Part shown: in pieces, positions 26,375 through 32,000 of the stretch
How the letters are laid out: each line of letters starts with the position of its first letter
Position numbering within the stretch: the first letter of the stretch is position 1
Source of the DNA: Candidatus Harpocratesius repetitus
GTDB taxonomy: Archaea > Asgardarchaeota > Lokiarchaeia > Sigyniarchaeales > Promethearchaeaceae
Direction: 5' to 3'
Length of the DNA: 32,000 bases
Assembly (NCBI GenBank): GCA_021498095.1
Contig: JAIZWK010000001.1
Location: forward strand, 2,970,001-3,002,000
Program-made: the position numbers and the translations under genes
The notes under the pieces: model-generated
What the model saw: only the letters and a program-made list of their open reading frames with translations
Databases searched by the model: none
What the model was told of the DNA's origin: nothing

Positions 26375-27997
26375 TTACCAATCAGCAGGCATATATGTTG
26401 GAATCCAATTAAGTAACCCTTTAACTGAAGAATTACCTTCAGGAGCTTTAACTCTTCTCATATTATATTCTAATTTTGAACCCTTTGGAGGATTTCCAAT
26501 GATTCTGACTTTTCCATGATTGATGAAATTATAATTATGTGATGGAGGTTCTTCAATAGGATCAGAAATCAATTTTGCATAAAGAGGGTAGAAAACTGTG
26601 TGATAACCTGAGTGGCCTTGGGGGCATTTGTTTAATCCAGGAATATTTGGAATAAGGCAACCTTCGTCGCAATAATGAAGAACAATTCCTCGATCATCAT
26701 CAGGAGAATATTTTTCGATTTTCCCTATTGAAAATTGTGGTTTTAATAAACCTAAATGTATACGTTCATATTCTTTTATTGAGCATTTTTTTTTATGTTG
26801 TAGAAAATGTTCCATTTGAGGCTCATTCCTAACAACTTGCTCAATTTTAGGTTGAATCTTCATTAATCCACTGATACATGTAGCTCCAGAGCCATAAGAA
26901 CCAAAATAAAGAATATCATCCGGTTGAGCAGATTTTTCAAAAATATATAATATTTGAGCCCAAACTGATGCTGAATAAATATTTCCGAAATGCATTGGAA
27001 CTTCTAATTGCGGAAAGAAATAATGTTTAAGATTGCTTGCGGTTTTCAATAGTTTTGAAATAGCTTGACGTGAAAATCCATGATGAAGCAAAATATTCGT
27101 AATTATAGATGGAAAATGCTTCACACTATATCTAATTGAAGGTAAATGCGAAGAAAGTCGTGAACGTGGAGGTTTATATTCCCAATTTAATGCATGTTCA
27201 ATGAAATGTTCTGATCGCTCGGTGATTAGTTTTTGTAGAAATTTGACTGGTAGTTTAGAGAATGGTGCATGAAAAACATAATAGTCTGCTGAAAATTTTC
27301 CTAAGTTTTTTGATAAATCATCAAATGCCCGGAGCTGAAAATTTAAATATGAATTAACAGAATATTTTCCAAATACTTGAGCATCCTTTTCTCCTGCTGG
27401 TCGGAAGAAATCATTTACATTTCCTGAGACTTTACCGAATTTATGACTAAAAGTGGCGATTCTAGGATTCTTTTTAATAATTAAAGCAACAGAACCTGCA
27501 CCTTGTGTAGGTTCTCCTGGTGAATGTAATGGATAAGAACTAATATCTGCGCCGATAATAAGAGCTTTGTGAATTATTCCATTTTCAATTAATCCAATTG
27601 CATTTAAAACTGCTAAAGTGGCTCCTGCACATGCATTATAAATATCTTGAGTTAGACAATTAGCAGAAACACCTAGTATTTCTGCTAAAATATTTGAAAC
27701 GGATTTTACCGCATATGTAATAGTCTCAGTTCCAACAAAAACGGCATCAATTTCTCTTGGATTCACATTTCCTCTAATTAAAGCATTTTGAGCAGCCTTT
27801 ACACTCATGGTTACAATATCTTCACCTGCATCTGGAACTCGCATCTCTCTCATCATTAATCCTTCTTCAAATTTTTTAGGATTTACTTGACGGGATTTGG
27901 CTAATTCATCTAGAGAGACATAAAATGGAGGTGTATAAAAGCCGATTGAATCGATTCCAACTTTAGAAAATAAGTTCGCCTGCGAAGATGAAGGCAT
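26375..27997 (-). CDS. Hydroxymethylglutaryl-CoA synthase-like condensing enzyme with a C-terminal DUF35-like (Zn ribbon and OB-fold) extension
   Basis: MvaS-like N-terminus GIDSIGFYTP..., catalytic Glu (GTET), Cys (NACAGAT), His (FHAPF), Asn (GNIYSAS) and GSYGSG. The tail carries CDEGC-x10-CPQGH and KGSKLEYNMRRV. Confidence 0.85.
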   Translation of the reverse strand: MPSSSQANLFSKVGIDSIGFYTPPFYVSLDELAKSRQVNPKKFEEGLMMREMRVPDAGEDIVTMSVKAAQNALIRGNVNPREIDAVFVGTETITYAVKSVSNILAEILGVSANCLTQDIYNACAGATLAVLNAIGLIENGIIHKALIIGADISSYPLHSPGEPTQGAGSVALIIKKNPRIATFSHKFGKVSGNVNDFFRPAGEKDAQVFGKYSVNSYLNFQLRAFDDLSKNLGKFSADYYVFHAPFSKLPVKFLQKLITERSEHFIEHALNWEYKPPRSRLSSHLPSIRYSVKHFPSIITNILLHHGFSRQAISKLLKTASNLKHYFFPQLEVPMHFGNIYSASVWAQILYIFEKSAQPDDILYFGSYGSGATCISGLMKIQPKIEQVVRNEPQMEHFLQHKKKCSIKEYERIHLGLLKPQFSIGKIEKYSPDDDRGIVLHYCDEGCLIPNIPGLNKCPQGHSGYHTVFYPLYAKLISDPIEEPPSHNYNFINHGKVRIIGNPPKGSKLEYNMRRVKAPEGNSSVKGLLNWIPTYMPADW

Positions 27998-28181
27998 GAT
28001 TATTTATATATAAGTTGAAGTATAAAAAAAGATTTACTAATATTTTAAAAAAAGGAACGTAATAAAAATCGTTGAATATTGATATCATATCAAGTAATTG
28101 CAAATAAAATTGACTTTTCAAAAGATTTCAATCTCAAATGAAGACAAAATTAAAAAAGTTCGTAATCTATCTGAAAAATGA

Positions 28182-28898
28182 TTGAAGATGTCAAAAGTAT
28201 TATATACAGAAGATATGTATTTAAAAGAATTTTCAGCAAAAGTTGAAGAGATTCAAGATGAGACGCAAGTATTTTTAGACCAGACAGCGTTTTATCCTAA
28301 ATCTGGTGGAGTTGATTGTGACAAAGGTGTTTTAATAAGAAAATCAGATAAAAAAGAATTTGCTGTAGTTTTTACTGGAAAATCCAAAGGACGAATATAC
28401 CATCAGATAGCTGAACCAGGCCTCAAAAAAGGCGATGAAGTTATTGGAAGATTAGATTGGAAACGACGACATGAATTAATGCGTTATCATACTGCAGCGC
28501 ATGTTTTAAGTGGAATTTTTTTTAATGAAGGAAATGTAAAAGTAACAGGAAATGATTTAGAAATCGGAAAGGGCCGAATTGATTTTAATTTTCCAAATTT
28601 TAACAGAGAAATAGTGGAAAATTTTGTTGAAAAAGCAAATGAGATAATCAAACAAAATTTTCCGGTAAAAATCACATATATTTCTCGAGAAGAATTAGAT
28701 AATGATCCTTCACTGACAAAGCTTGCAATGGGATTGCCAAAATCTATTACTAAAGTTAGAATTGTTGATATTGGAATAGATAAACAGCCTGATGGAGGCT
28801 GCCACGTTAAGAATTTGGGAGAAATTGGTGAAATTCAAATTACAAGCATTAAAAATAAAGGAAAAAATAACAGGAGACTATATTTTACCTTGGTATAA
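28182..28898 (+). CDS. alaX: Alanyl-tRNA editing protein AlaX (AlaX-M type)
   Basis: VFLDQTAFYPKSGG, LMRYHTAAH (HxxxH), GRIDF and QPDGGCHV. Confidence 0.92.
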   Translation: MKMSKVLYTEDMYLKEFSAKVEEIQDETQVFLDQTAFYPKSGGVDCDKGVLIRKSDKKEFAVVFTGKSKGRIYHQIAEPGLKKGDEVIGRLDWKRRHELMRYHTAAHVLSGIFFNEGNVKVTGNDLEIGKGRIDFNFPNFNREIVENFVEKANEIIKQNFPVKITYISREELDNDPSLTKLAMGLPKSITKVRIVDIGIDKQPDGGCHVKNLGEIGEIQITSIKNKGKNNRRLYFTLV

Positions 28899-28930
28899 TT
28901 AAAAAGTGAAATCATTTCGAAAAAATTGAA

Positions 28931-29560
28931 TTAACTAAAGAAATTATTAAAAGCTTCTTTCAGAATATGTGCTGGAAATAAAGAAATGTTAACATCTAAC
29001 AATTGTGAAAGCATATAAGAATTCAAATGTCCATTTGAAGATTTTTTTATTTGTTTATTTAACATTTCAGAATAGTTTTGAGAAATAATTCTTAAATTAG
29101 GTAAAGCGTCCCTAATTTGCTGTAGATACGAATTTGTTTCTTGAGATATTTCTATCTTTTGCTTTACAGCACTTTTTGGAAAAATTTGTTGCAAATTTAA
29201 AAGAACAATACCTTGTGGATGACAGTAATTGGCATTTCTTAGAAATTCAAAGAATTCTAAGGCAATCATTAAATGGATTTGACCTTTGGGAGGATTTCCG
29301 GAAAAAAATATGGATTTATCATCTAGATCTCCATCTTTATTTTCATAATTATTTTTGGGAGAATTATTTGAAACCAAATAGCGAATAGAAGCAAAAACAG
29401 AACCTTCACGCTGTGATACACCTCTACTTTCAATTGCAGCAAATTTTATTATTTTAGGCTGATAAAACGCATATTCTTGAAAAAATTTTCCCAATGTAAT
29501 TACACCTTGACCCCCTACTCCAACAATCAAAATATTGTAAAATTTTTCTAGTTTATTCAT
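28931..29560 (-). CDS. iorB: Indolepyruvate:ferredoxin oxidoreductase beta subunit-like
   Basis: ILIVGVGGQGVI, GVSQREGSV, ALEFFEFLR. Overlaps the iorA stop by 8 nt. The C-terminal part is divergent. Confidence 0.75.
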   Translation of the reverse strand: MNKLEKFYNILIVGVGGQGVITLGKFFQEYAFYQPKIIKFAAIESRGVSQREGSVFASIRYLVSNNSPKNNYENKDGDLDDKSIFFSGNPPKGQIHLMIALEFFEFLRNANYCHPQGIVLLNLQQIFPKSAVKQKIEISQETNSYLQQIRDALPNLRIISQNYSEMLNKQIKKSSNGHLNSYMLSQLLDVNISLFPAHILKEAFNNFFS

Positions 29561-31706
29561 TATTATTCATCTCTTTTATAATGTGTGTAATTTGGATGGC
29601 AGAATTTGGACAAATTTCCAGACAACTAGCACATTCATCACCCAAACAACGATTAATATCAATATAGTAGCGTTCACTCCGCTCTTGGATGGCAGTACAA
29701 CCCAAAATACGAAAACATTCATCGCATTTAGTACAATCTTCTGATATAGAAAGATATGTCAATTTTTGTTTTGAGAAAAGAGATTTAATCTTATTTTTTC
29801 GTCTAGATTTTTGTAAAGCGCATTCTGCTTGTACCAAAGCAATTTTTACACCAGGTTTACTAAATAATTTATAAAATTGATTTTGCATCAATTTAATCGA
29901 ATATCCATCCATTTTTTGAATAAAAACATCCCCTAAGGATTGAACAATTTCCACAATTGAAAAAACGATTCCGGTTGAAATTTTCGAGTTATTTTGATAT
30001 TGGAGGGGTGTTGAAGGAGATTGCTGATGCCCGGTCATGGCACAGTAGAAATTATCTAAGATGACAACCAGTACGTCTACTTTGTTCTTTATCAGATTTA
30101 TTATTCCATGAATTCCAGAATGGAAAAACGTACTATCTCCAACCATGGCAATGACATGTTGTTTGTCTGGATCTATAATATGTGAAACTCCATTAGCGAT
30201 TCCAACTCCTGCACCCATACAGATAAGCCAATCCATAGTTTCATATGGTTTTGACATACTCATAGTATAACATCCAATATCACCACCAAAGATGGGTTCT
30301 TTTCCTGTTTTTTTATAATAAAGATTAACTGCTTTTCGAAGTGAATAAAAAACATTGCGATGGGAACAACCAGGGCAAAAAGTTGGTTCTCTTACTGGAA
30401 TTTGAGAAGCAATATGATTAAGTGATGAGGATGGTTCGATTAAATGATCTTGAAATTCTTGGAAAAAAAAGGTTTCATCTTGAATTACTAAGGGATTAGC
30501 TAAAATATTATGAATAATATCTGGTGTTAACACACCGACTCTGGGAAAGGATTTCTTTCCAATAATAGGAATAAATACAGGAATTTGATAAAGAATTTCT
30601 TGAATTTCCTTTTCTAAAAATGGTTCTAAATCTTCCACAATAACCAATAATTCTGGTTCAAATTGTTCGATAAAATTTAGTATAGCTTCAATTGGAAAAG
30701 GATAGGTGAGTTTAAGGCGAAGTCGAGGAAAATCAACAGAAACACGCAATGAGAGTTCTTCAATCAATGACCAACCTAATCCTGAACCAATAAATCCAAC
30801 TAATATTGGTTCACGTTCGAAAGAAACTTGATCTTCAACTTTATTTAAATTATCTATTGATTCTGAATCTTGCAAAGGTTCGTTTATGATTATCCGATTT
30901 TTTGTAAGTATGCTCGTATTCTTTCCCTTGATTTCCCATCGTAAATCATGGGATTTTAGTTTATAATATCCATGAGCTAATTTGAAGATTTTAGAATACA
31001 ACATTGATTGATTCTTCTTAGCCCAATGTATTGCATTTAAAAGTTTTTCTGGATTTTTCTGAAATTTTCGCTTTAACTTAGAAATAAGTTCAATTTTTAC
31101 TTCAGAAATATTCACTACTCCTGATGCATGTGCAATCTGACTGGGAAAATAGATCATTACTGGCAAATCAATCATTTCAGATAGATTAAAAGCATCTTTC
31201 ACAATATCCTTACATTCTTGGATGGAACTAGGCTCTAGAATAGGAAGTTGACTATGATATGAAAAAAGTCTAATATCTACAGCATTGGTAGATGAATTAA
31301 TGTCGGGATCTCCACCACAAAGAATAACTAAGCCTGCTTTACGCTTTCCATCAATTCCTGAATACATAACAGCATGAAGTGCATCTGAGATTAAATTCAT
31401 TCCAAGATGTTTAAATGAAACAGCAGCACGTACTCCCGACCACGCTGCCCCAACTGCAGCTTCAAACGCAATAGTTTCATTAACAGATAAATCATAAAAA
31501 ATTTCAGGATTTTCATCAGCATACCATTCCCATAAGTCACCAATTTCTGAAGCGGGAGTACCAGGATACGTGGCAAGAAATTGCACATTTGCTTCAAATA
31601 ATCCTCGAACAAATGCCTCATTTCCTGTTAATATTCGAGATCCATTCAAATCTGAGATAAATAACTCTTTTGGATGTGATAAGTGATACTTCATTTTACA
31701 CCTCAA
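29553..31706 (-). CDS. iorA: Indolepyruvate:ferredoxin oxidoreductase alpha subunit
   Basis: LTGNEA..RG, YPGTPASEI, FKHLGMN, TFCPGCSHR, GDIGCY, the TPP motif GDSTFFHSG...LDN..AMTGHQ and a C-terminal ferredoxin-like region (CTKCDEC...C, CASCLEICP). The likely ATG is at 31694, after GAGGTG. Confidence 0.92.
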   Translation of the reverse strand: MRCKMKYHLSHPKELFISDLNGSRILTGNEAFVRGLFEANVQFLATYPGTPASEIGDLWEWYADENPEIFYDLSVNETIAFEAAVGAAWSGVRAAVSFKHLGMNLISDALHAVMYSGIDGKRKAGLVILCGGDPDINSSTNAVDIRLFSYHSQLPILEPSSIQECKDIVKDAFNLSEMIDLPVMIYFPSQIAHASGVVNISEVKIELISKLKRKFQKNPEKLLNAIHWAKKNQSMLYSKIFKLAHGYYKLKSHDLRWEIKGKNTSILTKNRIIINEPLQDSESIDNLNKVEDQVSFEREPILVGFIGSGLGWSLIEELSLRVSVDFPRLRLKLTYPFPIEAILNFIEQFEPELLVIVEDLEPFLEKEIQEILYQIPVFIPIIGKKSFPRVGVLTPDIIHNILANPLVIQDETFFFQEFQDHLIEPSSSLNHIASQIPVREPTFCPGCSHRNVFYSLRKAVNLYYKKTGKEPIFGGDIGCYTMSMSKPYETMDWLICMGAGVGIANGVSHIIDPDKQHVIAMVGDSTFFHSGIHGIINLIKNKVDVLVVILDNFYCAMTGHQQSPSTPLQYQNNSKISTGIVFSIVEIVQSLGDVFIQKMDGYSIKLMQNQFYKLFSKPGVKIALVQAECALQKSRRKNKIKSLFSKQKLTYLSISEDCTKCDECFRILGCTAIQERSERYYIDINRCLGDECASCLEICPNSAIQITHIIKEMNNNE

Positions 31707-31814
31707 GCTTTACACTTCATAAGCATCATTATAATATGAAATCTCCTCTATTCTACTAAATTAGCTGCCAGTTAAAATTTTTCCACAAGAGTTTCCAACT
31801 CACTTTGAGGAAGA

Positions 31815-32000
31815 ATGCGAAAAAGAAACGTGCTTGATCCTTGTTGGATATTAGATGCAAATCCACATCCTCAAGGCATTGAATTATGGCTTAAAGATCA
31901 GAAAGGCACTTGTCAAAGTGCGATATATCCTTTCTTTCCCTCATTTTACGCCGTATTTTCTCCGACAAAATATCGTATTCTCGATTTTTCTTCGATACGC
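31815..32000 (+). CDS. 5' fragment of a probable archaeal family B DNA polymerase (PolB2-like N-terminus)
   Basis: Not in the ORF track. Manual translation gives MRKRNVLDPCWILDANPHPQGIELWLKDQKG...YPFFPSFYAVF..., open to the window edge, with GAGG upstream. It resembles the W.lD......lW.k..G......f.P.FY start of these polymerases. Only 62 aa are visible. Confidence 0.5.
   Translation, partial: MRKRNVLDPCWILDANPHPQGIELWLKDQKGTCQSAIYPFFPSFYAVFSPTKYRILDFSSIR

Noticed and set aside
26259-26519. 86-aa hydrophobic plus-strand ORF
   Set aside because: More than half of it is antisense to the HMGS C-terminus, and the hydrophobicity comes from a T-rich terminator-like tract.
2214-31621. Short track ORFs overlapping longer genes (2214-2408, 3334-3561, 7722-7955, 8759-8941, 10328-10510, 12397-12579, 13569-13844, 16655-16909, 20899-21150, 21594-21821, 22137-22442, 22986-23174, 28487-28675, 29134-29388, 29689-29874, 31397-31621)
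   Set aside because: They are antisense or alternate-frame shadows of well-supported genes and contain no recognisable motifs.
1-32000. CRISPR arrays, tRNA or rRNA genes, ORB-type replication origin
   Set aside because: I saw no regularly spaced repeat-spacer units, no GC-rich structured RNA segments and no ORB-like motifs by eye. A tRNAscan or Infernal run would be needed to exclude small RNAs.

Overview
AT-rich (about 30% GC by eye, not computed), gene-dense archaeal window, most likely from an Asgard archaeon of the Lokiarchaeia type. This is inferred from a Roadblock-small GTPase fusion plus archaeal-type Hsp20, Sec11-like signal peptidase, AlaX-M, IorAB, AbrB-PhoU and TrmB-like genes. 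Positions 1-12792 form one minus-strand run: P-loop ATPase, GH2 glycosidase-like protein, Roadblock-Rab-like GTPase, uncharacterised beta-rich protein, TrmB-like regulator, AbrB-PhoU, FadH-like reductase, nucleotidyltransferase, PAP2 phosphatase and a partial exported protein. The rest holds hsp20, a PadR regulator with a His/Pro pentapeptide repeat, pyrE, signal peptidase, an orphan DNA methyltransferase, an M28 peptidase, adjacent Sir2 and GNAT genes, an ABC exporter, a decayed IS4/ISH3-like transposase, an HMG-CoA synthase with a DUF35-like C-terminal fusion, alaX, iorBA and the probable 5' end of a family B DNA polymerase. I found no rRNA, tRNA or CRISPR array. The best leads are the HMGS-DUF35 fusion, the Roadblock-GTPase beside a degenerate GH2 and a TrmB-like pair (a possible carbohydrate-sensing GTPase module), and the His-rich PadR with a palindromic operator next to its TATA box. 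All family assignments come from motif recognition, not database searches.
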